64,000 bases of DNA from the NCBI GenBank assembly GCA_017547755.1, contig JAFYOX010000089.1, positions 1,643 to 65,642 on the forward strand, written 5' to 3'. The stretch comes from Clostridia bacterium (GTDB lineage Bacteria; Bacillota; Clostridia; Oscillospirales; CAG-272). Position numbers and translations under genes: made by a program. The notes below the pieces were generated by a model, which worked only from the letters and a program-made list of their open reading frames with translations, made no database searches and was not told the DNA's origin. Shown piece by piece: positions 18,326-26,828 of this stretch; the stretch's first letter is position 1; each line of letters opens with the position of its first letter.

Positions 18326-19609
18326 TTATTCCATACTGTAAACCGTTCCCATGAACAGGGGGATCATGGTGTCGTTTTCGATGATCATGTAGAAGAAGGG
18401 GCGGTTGAGTTCGATGATTTTGGGCTGGGCAGACGGACCGGCGGAGGTCATCATGACCATGACTTCCGTCATGGCTGCGGCTTTGGTGCCGTTTTCGTCG
18501 TTGATGATCTTTGCTTTCTGGAGGACGCTGCTGATGTACGGATTGCCCATGCCGGTGCCGAGACCGCGGAGGTTGGCGTTCGCGCCGAAGGCTTCTTCAA
18601 GACCCATGTCCGAGAGGATGTCCGTCAGAGAAAGTTCGGTTTCGTATTCGAATTTCGGCAGGTAAACGCGCACTTTTTCCGAGCCGTCATTGATCGCGCG
18701 GGAGATCTCCGCGAGGTCGAGTCCGGAGACAAACGCATCGATCCCCGCGTTTTCGTCCGGCAGGATGCCGACAAAGGAATAGCCGTCCTTATAGGCTTTC
18801 GTGAAGCCGATGCCGCCGTCCACTTCAAAATAGCTGTGTTCGGTCGAGTACATGAATTTCACATCGGTTTCGGAGCCGTCGTGATTGGTGAAGACCCCGT
18901 CGGAAATGTTGTATTCCTCATAGGGCGTTTCCCATTTTCCGTTGAAAAGGACCGTATTCAGCAGGAGAAGCGCGGCATGCGGCGGAAGTTCTTCGACTGC
19001 CTTGTCGATCATGCCGTCCGTGTTGTCCGATACCCAGCGGTTGATCTCGGCGGGTACGGTTTTATCCGCGAAGTCCACCGATTTCGCTTCCGCACGGTAG
19101 TATTTTTCCGCGACGGTGATGAAATCCCCACTCAGCTCAAAGATCGATTTGTTCGCCCACGCGGAGTTGGCGGTGTTCACCGTGGATTCCGCGGTGCTTT
19201 CCAGTTTTTTCGTGTATTCGTAGAGGTATTCGTTCATCTCGCCGACCGGGATCCCGCCGTTCAGGGCTTCGAACGCTTCAAGCGTTGAGTCTGCCGCGCC
19301 GTTTGAAACGAGCGTGAGCGCATAGATCACCGAAAGCGGAGACAGAACAAGATTTTTCCGTTCGCCGGGTCCGGCGCACGCGGTGAAGAGTTTTTCGGAA
19401 AATCCGGCGACCGCGTCGGTGAAGCGTTCATCGGCTTCCGTTCCGGTCGGCTCGGATGCCGCCGCAGCGATCGGAACTGCCGCCGCCGGTGTGAAGACGG
19501 GCTTGTCTTCGGGCGATGATACGGTTCCGTCCTCACCGGCAGGTGCGGCGCAGGACGTCAGAGCGATGGGCAGGCAGAGCATGGAGAGCAAAAGACGTTT
19601 GAAAAGCAT
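18326..19609 (-). CDS. Serpin (serine protease inhibitor) lipoprotein
   Basis: Lipobox LTSC; NLVLSPLSV, INRWVSDNTDGMI, NTVLFNGKW, LPKFEYE, hinge ENGTKAAA, LNRPFFYMI, PLFMG. Confidence 0.93.
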   Translation of the reverse strand: MLFKRLLLSMLCLPIALTSCAAPAGEDGTVSSPEDKPVFTPAAAVPIAAAASEPTGTEADERFTDAVAGFSEKLFTACAGPGERKNLVLSPLSVIYALTLVSNGAADSTLEAFEALNGGIPVGEMNEYLYEYTKKLESTAESTVNTANSAWANKSIFELSGDFITVAEKYYRAEAKSVDFADKTVPAEINRWVSDNTDGMIDKAVEELPPHAALLLLNTVLFNGKWETPYEEYNISDGVFTNHDGSETDVKFMYSTEHSYFEVDGGIGFTKAYKDGYSFVGILPDENAGIDAFVSGLDLAEISRAINDGSEKVRVYLPKFEYETELSLTDILSDMGLEEAFGANANLRGLGTGMGNPYISSVLQKAKIINDENGTKAAAMTEVMVMMTSAGPSAQPKIIELNRPFFYMIIENDTMIPLFMGTVYSME

Positions 19610-19715
19610 ACGTTGTACCTTCCTGTATGTGATTCTGCGTATTGGACGTTCCGGGAAGGGATTTTGTTCCGCAGAATTGTTAAATAAATTTTAAAATATA
19701 TCATATTGAAGTCTA

Positions 19716-19744
19716 TTGAGGTTTCCGGCAATTTATGATATAAT
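19716..19744 (+). promoter_or_regulatory. sigma-A promoter for rimM-trmD
   Basis: TTGAGG-N17-TATAAT with TGn. Confidence 0.55.
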
Positions 19745-19813
19745 GAAACCGTACATATTTATTATATCACACCATCCGGAAATTCACAAGACCAAATATA
19801 AAGGATCAGTATC

Positions 19814-20347
19814 ATGGCTAAACAGAAATATCTTGAATGCGGCAAAGCCGTTTCCACCCACGGTGTCCGCGGGACGCTCCGTCTCGAATCCTACTGCGAC
19901 GAACCGGAAGTTCTCGCAAAGCTCCGCCGTCTCTACATCAAAACGCCTGCAGGCGAATTCGAATGCATGAAGGTCCGTGCGGCATCCATCCAGAAGCATA
20001 TGGTTCTCTGCACCTTTGAAGCGATCACCACCCTCGAAGATGCGATCCGCTATAAGGGAACCATGTTCTATGCTGACCGCGACGACCTGAAGCTCCCCGA
20101 AACCGCTGTATTTATCGCAGATATCCTCGGACTTCCCGTGTTCGACCACGTGTCCGGCGAAAAGTACGGTACCCTCGGTGAAGTCATCACGCCCGGCGGC
20201 CGTGAAGTTTATATTGTCAACGACGTGAAGGGCGGCACCTTCATGCTTCCCGCCGTTCCCGAATTCGTAAAGAAGGTGGAAGTCGAAGGTGACGCCGCCG
20301 GAATTTACGTCGAACTCATCGAAGGTATCCGTGAGGTCGCAGAATGA
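19814..20347 (+). CDS. rimM: Ribosome maturation factor RimM
   Basis: LECGKAVSTHGVRG, ADILGLPV, MLPAVPEFV; adjacent to trmD. Confidence 0.93.
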   Translation: MAKQKYLECGKAVSTHGVRGTLRLESYCDEPEVLAKLRRLYIKTPAGEFECMKVRAASIQKHMVLCTFEAITTLEDAIRYKGTMFYADRDDLKLPETAVFIADILGLPVFDHVSGEKYGTLGEVITPGGREVYIVNDVKGGTFMLPAVPEFVKKVEVEGDAAGIYVELIEGIREVAE

Positions 20348-21063
20348 GCGAAAAACTCCGCATCGATATCATGACGCTCTTCCCGGAATTTGTGGATTTC
20401 ATCCTGTCCGAGAGCATCATCGGACGTGCCAGACGTGCCGGAACCCTCGACATCCGCGCGCATAACATCCGCGATTATTCCGAAGACAAGCACCGCCGCG
20501 TGGACGATACTCCCTACGGCGGCGGCCGCGGAATGCTGATGGCGGCACCGCCGATCTACCGCTGCTACAAGGCAATTGAGGAAAACATCCGCTCTTCCTC
20601 GGAAAACGCGGAGGAAAATAAGCCGTACGTGATCTATATGTCGCCGCGCGGCCGCGTTTTCACGAACGAATATGCGAAGGAACTCTCCGAAAAGGGGAAT
20701 CTCGTCATCCTCTGCGGCCATTACGAAGGGGTCGACGAACGCCTGATCGAAGAGATCGTGGACGAAGAGGTCTCCATCGGGGACTATGTCCTGACCGGCG
20801 GCGAGGTTCCCGCGTGCATCGTTGCTGACGCGGTCGGACGTCTTGTGGACGGCGTTCTGACCCTTCCGGAATGTCACGAAAACGAAAGCTTTGAGGGCGG
20901 ACTCCTCGAATATCCGCAGTACACCCGTCCGGCAGTCTGGATGGGCAGGGAAGTTCCCGACGTTCTTCTCTCCGGTCATCATGCCAACATTGACAAATGG
21001 CGGCACGAAAAATCGGTGGAGATCACAAAGGAACGCCGTCCGGATCTGCTCGAAAAGAAATAA
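20344..21063 (+). CDS. trmD: tRNA (guanine37-N1)-methyltransferase TrmD
   Basis: TLFPE, VDDTPYGGG, LCGHYEGVDER, SIGDYVLTGGE, LLEYPQYTRP. Confidence 0.97.
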   Translation: MSEKLRIDIMTLFPEFVDFILSESIIGRARRAGTLDIRAHNIRDYSEDKHRRVDDTPYGGGRGMLMAAPPIYRCYKAIEENIRSSSENAEENKPYVIYMSPRGRVFTNEYAKELSEKGNLVILCGHYEGVDERLIEEIVDEEVSIGDYVLTGGEVPACIVADAVGRLVDGVLTLPECHENESFEGGLLEYPQYTRPAVWMGREVPDVLLSGHHANIDKWRHEKSVEITKERRPDLLEKK

Positions 21064-21066
21064 ATC

Positions 21067-21630
21067 TTACAGCATCCCCAGATAAGCGAGGATCCCGTTG
21101 GTGACGCCGGCGGAAAAAAGCTGGGGACTGTACGCCATGAGCTCGGCATCCGCCGGATTGCTGATGAATCCGAGCTCGACCAGAACGGCGGGCATCCGGG
21201 TCTTCCGGAGTACATACAGACCCGGACGGGCGGTCGTTCCGCGGTCGGCAAGTCCCGTGGCGTAGTTCAGCTGTTCCAGAATGTTGTCCGCCAGGATTTC
21301 CGCATCGCTGTACCGGCGGAAAACGAAGGCTTCGCTTCCCGATGCCGATGGAATCACCGAAGCATTGGTGTGCAGGCTGATGAAGTAATCCGCACCCCAT
21401 GCGTTCGCGTCGTTCACGCGGGCCTGCAGAGAAGTGGTGTTCGACGTACCGAGGATCGTCTCCGGCGTCGGACGGGAAAGCCGTACATCAAAGCCGTAGG
21501 CCTGCAGGGCTTCGGCGGTCAGCTGTCCGATCCGGTAAACGAGATCCTGCTCCCGGAATCCGTTTCCCTCACTCCCGGCATTCGGATTCACCGGATTGTG
21601 CCCCTGATCTATGTAAATTTTCGTCACCAT
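21067..21630 (-). CDS. N-acetylmuramoyl-L-alanine amidase (Amidase_3, catalytic domain only)
   Basis: IYIDQGH, FISLHTN, LYVLRKTRMPAVLVELGFISN. Confidence 0.9.
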   Translation of the reverse strand: MVTKIYIDQGHNPVNPNAGSEGNGFREQDLVYRIGQLTAEALQAYGFDVRLSRPTPETILGTSNTTSLQARVNDANAWGADYFISLHTNASVIPSASGSEAFVFRRYSDAEILADNILEQLNYATGLADRGTTARPGLYVLRKTRMPAVLVELGFISNPADAELMAYSPQLFSAGVTNGILAYLGML

Positions 21631-21665
21631 AGAAAAACCTCCATAATTTTACAGTATAAAATTTC

Positions 21666-22391
21666 ATGAAAGAACTTCAGAAAGTCATGTCCGGTGTACG
21701 CCGCGTGGTCCAGCATTACGGAATGATCGCGGACGGCGACCGGATCGCCGTCGGTCTGTCCGGCGGAAAGGATTCGTCGGCGCTTTTGTTCGCGCTTGCG
21801 AAAATGCGGGAATTCCTTCCCGTCCGCTTTGAGCTTTTTGCGGTCACCGTCGACATGGGATTTGCGGATTCTCGCGGAAAACTGACGGTGTTTGAGGAAT
21901 TCTGCGCCGGTCTCGGCGTGGAATACCGGATCGCCGACACGCAGATCGCGCAGATCGTCTTTGACGAGCGAAAAGAGAAGAATCCCTGTGCGCTCTGTGC
22001 CAAACTCCGGCGCGGCGCGCTGAACAATACCGCGCTCTCCATGGGCGCGAATAAGATCGCACTCGGTCACCACCTCGACGACGCCGTCGAGACGTTCATG
22101 ATGTCCGTGATGCACGAAGGACGCATCGGCTGTTTCTCGCCTGTTACATGGTATGAGGATCAGCAGTTTTCTGTGATACGTCCTCTTCTTTATACGACCG
22201 AAAGGGAAGTGAAGGCGCTCGTACGTGCCGCGGAACTTCCGGTGGTCGAAAGTTCCTGCCCGGAAAACGGAAACACCGAGCGGGAGGAAATGAAAAAATA
22301 CCTCCGTTCCTTCGACGATCTCCACCGCGGACTGTACAAGCGTGTCCTCGGTGCCCTGGAACGCCGCGGGATCGACGGATGGTATGAGTGA
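21666..22391 (+). CDS. ttcA: tRNA 2-thiocytidine biosynthesis TtcA-family protein
   Basis: PP-loop SGGKDS, NPCALCAKLRRG, ALGHHLDD, IRPL. Confidence 0.88.
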   Translation: MKELQKVMSGVRRVVQHYGMIADGDRIAVGLSGGKDSSALLFALAKMREFLPVRFELFAVTVDMGFADSRGKLTVFEEFCAGLGVEYRIADTQIAQIVFDERKEKNPCALCAKLRRGALNNTALSMGANKIALGHHLDDAVETFMMSVMHEGRIGCFSPVTWYEDQQFSVIRPLLYTTEREVKALVRAAELPVVESSCPENGNTEREEMKKYLRSFDDLHRGLYKRVLGALERRGIDGWYE

Positions 22392-22419
22392 AAAAAACGA
22401 AAAAATTTTTTCACGGGAC

Positions 22420-22447
22420 GGAACTTTTTCCCGTTCTCATACGTCAT
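22420..22447 (+). promoter_or_regulatory. Putative ECF-sigma promoter of the transporter operon
   Basis: GGAAC-TTTTT..N17-CGTC upstream of ATG 22481; no sigma-A consensus seen here. Confidence 0.45.
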
Positions 22448-22480
22448 ATTGTCAGATCAATCAGAATACAGGAACTGTCA

Positions 22481-23449
22481 ATGAAAAAGAAAGTCAAAAC
22501 GGTATCCGGAAATCCGGAAGCATCGGTGCCGGACGGAACGGAAACCGTGATCCAATCCGAAAAAAAGAAGAAATGGCGCATCTCCAAACGCGAACGTGCC
22601 GAGCGCCGTCGGACGGCGTTTTTTCTGACGCCCAGCTTCCTCGGCGTGATGCTGTTTTTTATCCTGCCGTTTCTTGTTGTTATATTTTATGCCCTGATCG
22701 ATAATCCGACCACGGCGAACTTTGTCGGTTTCTCGAATTTCGAAAAACTGTTTTCGAACAATGCCTTCCGGCTGGCGCTGAAGAATACCGGCATTTTCTC
22801 TCTGACTGCCGTACCTCTGGTGGTGGTGACTGCGCTTGCGCTCGCCGTCCTGCTGGAGTCGAATATTCCGTACAAAAGCACATTCCGGACGATCTTCCTC
22901 TCTCCGATGATCGTTCCGGCGGCATCGGTCATTCTGATCTGGCAGGTGCTTTTCGATTACAACGGCGTCATCAACGATATTGCGGTGTTCTTCGGAGCGG
23001 ATCCGGTCGAATGGCTGAAATCCGACTTCGGGTATGTCGTCGTTGTTCTGCTCTTCCTCTGGAAGAACATCGGGTACAACATGATCATGTTCATGTCCGC
23101 CCTGTCCGCGATCCCGCGCGGGATCCTTGAGGTGGCGATGCTTGACGGCTGCGGGACCGTGCGCCGGTTCTTCACGATCAAGCTCCGCTATCTCTCGTCC
23201 ACGCTGTCGTACGTGACGATCATGTCCCTCATCAACTCGTTCAAGATCTTCCGTGAGGTCTACCTCCTTACCGGGGATTATCCGTACGACTCCATGTATA
23301 CCTTACAGCATTTCATGAACAATACCTTCAGCAATTACGATTATCAGAAACTTTCGAGCGCCGCCATCGTCCTGTGCGCGGTCATGATCGTGATCATCGG
23401 CATCCTGCTGTGGGTGGACAATCATGTCGGAAAGGGGATTGAAGAATGA
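22481..23449 (+). CDS. Carbohydrate (CUT1) ABC permease, MalF/UgpA-like
   Basis: FVGFSNF, FLSPMIVP, LWKNIGYNMIMF, EAA loop IPRGILEVAMLDG. Confidence 0.9.
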   Translation: MKKKVKTVSGNPEASVPDGTETVIQSEKKKKWRISKRERAERRRTAFFLTPSFLGVMLFFILPFLVVIFYALIDNPTTANFVGFSNFEKLFSNNAFRLALKNTGIFSLTAVPLVVVTALALAVLLESNIPYKSTFRTIFLSPMIVPAASVILIWQVLFDYNGVINDIAVFFGADPVEWLKSDFGYVVVVLLFLWKNIGYNMIMFMSALSAIPRGILEVAMLDGCGTVRRFFTIKLRYLSSTLSYVTIMSLINSFKIFREVYLLTGDYPYDSMYTLQHFMNNTFSNYDYQKLSSAAIVLCAVMIVIIGILLWVDNHVGKGIEE

Positions 23450-24399
23450 CAACCGATCTCCGGCGGAATTCCGCTTCCTTTCCGCAGAAACCAAAGAAAA
23501 AGAAGATCCGTTTCCGGCGCGTGCTTTTTCTCCTGTTCGCGCTGACGGTGCTTGTGACCTTCGCCTTCCTGTTCCTCTTCCCGACGGTGTTCACTGTCAC
23601 GAACTCGTTCATGTCCACGACGGAGATTTCCGCAAACTACGGCAAGATCTTCACCGGACTTGGGATCTCCGGGGACGGCGGCCGCGTCTTCATCGCGGAA
23701 AAGGTCAATCTTCAGCTCATTCCCGACCGGGTGAGCTTCTCGCAGTACGCTACGGTGCTGCTGAAAAGCCCGGAATACCTGCTGAAATTCTGGAATTCCG
23801 TGATCTATGTCCTGCCCATCGTGATTTTTCAGCTCGTTGTGGCAGCCGGTGCGTCCTACTGCTTTTCCCGAGTTGAGACAAAATTCCGCAGTATCGTATT
23901 TTTCATGTACATCATCCTGATGCTCATGCCGTATCAGGTCACGCTTGTCCCGAACTACATCGTCATGGACAAGCTCAGTCTGATGAACACCCGATGGGCG
24001 ATCATCCTTCCGGGGATCTTCTCGCCGTTCTCGGTGTTCATCCTGACGAAATTCATGCGGCGCATCCCGACGGCGGTCGTGGAAGCGGCGAAACTGGACG
24101 GTGCGAGCGAATGGCAGATCTTTTCGCTGATCTATATGCCGCTCTGCCGCAGTACGCTGTATTCGGTTGCGATCCTTGTGTTCATCGACTACTGGAACAT
24201 GGTCGAACAGCCGCTGATCCTTCTTGCCGATCAGGAACTGTATCCGCTGTCCGTGTTCCTTTCGAAGATCAACGAAGGCGATACCGGCATTGCGCTCGCC
24301 ATCGCGGTCATCTACATGGTGCCGCCGGTGCTGCTGTTCCTCTACAGCGAAGATTACCTCATCGACGGGATCGCGTATTCCGCGTCGGTGAAGGGTTAA
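23446..24399 (+). CDS. Carbohydrate (CUT1) ABC permease, MalG/UgpE-like
   Basis: MLMPYQVTLVPNY, IILPGIFSPF, EAA loop IPTAVVEAAKLDGAS, FIDYWN. Confidence 0.9.
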   Translation: MTTDLRRNSASFPQKPKKKKIRFRRVLFLLFALTVLVTFAFLFLFPTVFTVTNSFMSTTEISANYGKIFTGLGISGDGGRVFIAEKVNLQLIPDRVSFSQYATVLLKSPEYLLKFWNSVIYVLPIVIFQLVVAAGASYCFSRVETKFRSIVFFMYIILMLMPYQVTLVPNYIVMDKLSLMNTRWAIILPGIFSPFSVFILTKFMRRIPTAVVEAAKLDGASEWQIFSLIYMPLCRSTLYSVAILVFIDYWNMVEQPLILLADQELYPLSVFLSKINEGDTGIALAIAVIYMVPPVLLFLYSEDYLIDGIAYSASVKG

Positions 24400-24433
24400 G
24401 AAATACCCCCAACATATCCAAAGGAGAACCGAA

Positions 24434-26815
24434 ATGTCAAGGGATTCCGAAAGCCGCAGAGCCTGGATCAAGAACGTGGCCATCATTTTTCTTGTGATCC
24501 TGCTTCTGCTGACCTTTTTCTCAAATACCATATTGAACTATACGCTGCCGGAAGTTTCCGCGCAGTACGCGCAGTACGGGTCGATCGCCGCGTCCGTGAA
24601 GGTCAGCGGCACCGTCAAGGCGAACGAAAGTTATAACGTAATGTACGAAGCCGATCAGGCGGAGGCGGAAAACGGGATCATTCAGTCACGCAAGGTCGTG
24701 TCCGTGTACGTGAAGGAAGGGGATACCGTTTCGAAGGATACGCCCATCATCGCTCTGCAGGGCGGTGCCAGCACACAGCTGGAATCCGCGCAGGCGGAGT
24801 ATGACAAGCTCAGGCGGGAATACGATCTTGCGCTTCTGCAGGATGTTGTCGATGAACTGGAATCCGGCAATACGCTGAGCAAGGCAGAACAGGCGATCGC
24901 CGACAAAAAGAAGGAACTCGCCGAACTGAACGCGGAATATACCGCCGTTCTCGGCGGTGTGGATACGACGTCCGTGATCGAAGCGCGCATCGAAACGCTG
25001 GAAGACGGGATCGAGTATCTGAACGAACTGATCGCCGCACAGTCGGAAAAAGTTGCGGAGATCAAAGGGAAGATCCAGTCTGCGGAAGGCATGATCGAAG
25101 AGGATATCTTCAGCACGCTGACCGTTGCGGAAAAGCTGGCGGTCGCGGAAGAAGAATATGCCGTTCTGGAACAGACGTATGCGGAGCTGACGGCGAATGT
25201 GGAAACGCTGAAAGCCGAGATGGAACGGATCGAAAGCACTTCCGGCGACATCGGCAAAGCGAATACGCTGACGAACGAGATCCGTTCGCTGGAAAGTCAA
25301 CTGGAAAGTCTGGAAAAGCAGTACAGCCGTGCGGAAGAAGACTTTTACGATGAAGTGAGTGAGATCATCGAAAATTACAGAGATAAATATTATGCAGCAG
25401 TAGAGAATTACGAAAAATTTAAAGAGCAGCAAATGACATCTGCGCCGGAGGACGGCAATACGGACGGAGGTGCTACAGATGAACCTGTAACGCCGCGCTG
25501 GGATGTATATGATGAAAATAACAATCTGATCCCCGTTTCTGTAACATCAAATGAACAGTCCTATCTGGAAGCAATATATGAAGCGGAAATGGCATGGCGA
25601 GCGGCTCAGGACTGGAACGTTGACGAAATCGAGACGCTGAAAAAAGCCTATGACCGTTCCGAAGAAGACCTTTCCGATCAGATTTCCGACCTCGAACGCA
25701 AGATTTCCGACGCATACGAAAAACTTGACGTCATCGGTCTTCCCGAAGTGGACGACGTCATCAACTATGCCACCGATTACGACCTCTCCGAAGCCAAGCG
25801 CCGCTACGATGAAGCCAGCGCAAGCCTGAGCGAGGTTACCGGAAAGTACGAAGAAGCAAAAACAAAAGTCGAATCTCTCCGGAAGCAGAATACCGCAGAC
25901 GGAATGGTGTCCGAGTACACGATCCTGCTGAATACCTATCAGGCGGAGCTTGACAGTCTGGAAGCCCAGCTCAAGCAGAAGAACAAGGACCTGGAAGCGG
26001 CGCGGAAGGAACTTTCCGGTGCGGAAACACCCGCCGATCCCGAGGATATCCGCAAGCAGATCGAAGCGGCGGAAAAGAATATCGTGGAACTGGAAGCTCA
26101 GCTTGAAATCACGAAGGCGACCGAAAACAAGTCCGGTCAGACCACCGAATTCGAACGTGCCGATCAGCTGAAGAAGCTCGAAGAACTCCAGAAAAAGATC
26201 GAGGAATACAAAAACGCTCCCGAAACCGTATCCGTCACCGCTCCCATCGCCGGACGGATCGTTTCCGTGGATGTGGTCCCCGGCGATACCGTGACCAGCG
26301 GCAACACCGTCGCGCGCATCGAGATCGCCGACAAGGGCTACATCTGCGAGATCACCATGTCCGCCGAAGAGGCGCGGAAGATCCAGGTCGGCGCACCTTG
26401 TACGATCAGCAACTCCTGGTGGTACTCCGAAGTTTCCGCGTCCGTCACGCAGATCCGTTCCGATCCGCAGAGCCAGGGCAAGAACCGCATCGTTGTGATC
26501 ACCGTGAACGGGGATGTCTACGAAGGTCAGAGCCTCAGCTTCACCATCGGCGACCGCAATCAGTCCTATGACTGCGTTCTCCCGAATTCCGCGATCCGTG
26601 AGGACAACGACGGCAAGTTCGTTCTGACCGTCACCTCCAAGAAGACTCCGCTCGGCGTCCGCTATACCGCCGTCCGCACCAACATCGAAGTGCTTGCGTC
26701 CGACGATACCAAGTCCGCCGTTTCCGGTCTGTACGGAAGCGAATTCGTCATCACGAACGCGACCTCCCCGATCTCCGACAAACAGCAGGTCCGTCTGGCG
26801 GACGAAAACGGATGA
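24434..26815 (+). CDS. HlyD/MFP-family adaptor protein with a very long coiled coil
   Basis: N-terminal TM; lipoyl half-motifs VKEGDTVSKDTPIIAL and VTAPIAGRIVSVDVVPGDTV separated by ~480 aa of heptad-rich helix; C-terminal VLPNSAI...VSGL. Confidence 0.85.
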   Translation: MSRDSESRRAWIKNVAIIFLVILLLLTFFSNTILNYTLPEVSAQYAQYGSIAASVKVSGTVKANESYNVMYEADQAEAENGIIQSRKVVSVYVKEGDTVSKDTPIIALQGGASTQLESAQAEYDKLRREYDLALLQDVVDELESGNTLSKAEQAIADKKKELAELNAEYTAVLGGVDTTSVIEARIETLEDGIEYLNELIAAQSEKVAEIKGKIQSAEGMIEEDIFSTLTVAEKLAVAEEEYAVLEQTYAELTANVETLKAEMERIESTSGDIGKANTLTNEIRSLESQLESLEKQYSRAEEDFYDEVSEIIENYRDKYYAAVENYEKFKEQQMTSAPEDGNTDGGATDEPVTPRWDVYDENNNLIPVSVTSNEQSYLEAIYEAEMAWRAAQDWNVDEIETLKKAYDRSEEDLSDQISDLERKISDAYEKLDVIGLPEVDDVINYATDYDLSEAKRRYDEASASLSEVTGKYEEAKTKVESLRKQNTADGMVSEYTILLNTYQAELDSLEAQLKQKNKDLEAARKELSGAETPADPEDIRKQIEAAEKNIVELEAQLEITKATENKSGQTTEFERADQLKKLEELQKKIEEYKNAPETVSVTAPIAGRIVSVDVVPGDTVTSGNTVARIEIADKGYICEITMSAEEARKIQVGAPCTISNSWWYSEVSASVTQIRSDPQSQGKNRIVVITVNGDVYEGQSLSFTIGDRNQSYDCVLPNSAIREDNDGKFVLTVTSKKTPLGVRYTAVRTNIEVLASDDTKSAVSGLYGSEFVITNATSPISDKQQVRLADENG

Positions 26816-26828
26816 GAAGGTGGACGAC

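Noticed and set aside
26694-26828. Upstream extensions given by the ORF track (also at 3328, 5729, 9851, 13157, 22388, 33188, 34439, 47619, 60855, 62825)
   Set aside because: They overlap neighbouring genes or promoters; downstream starts have better SD sequences or family-typical N-termini
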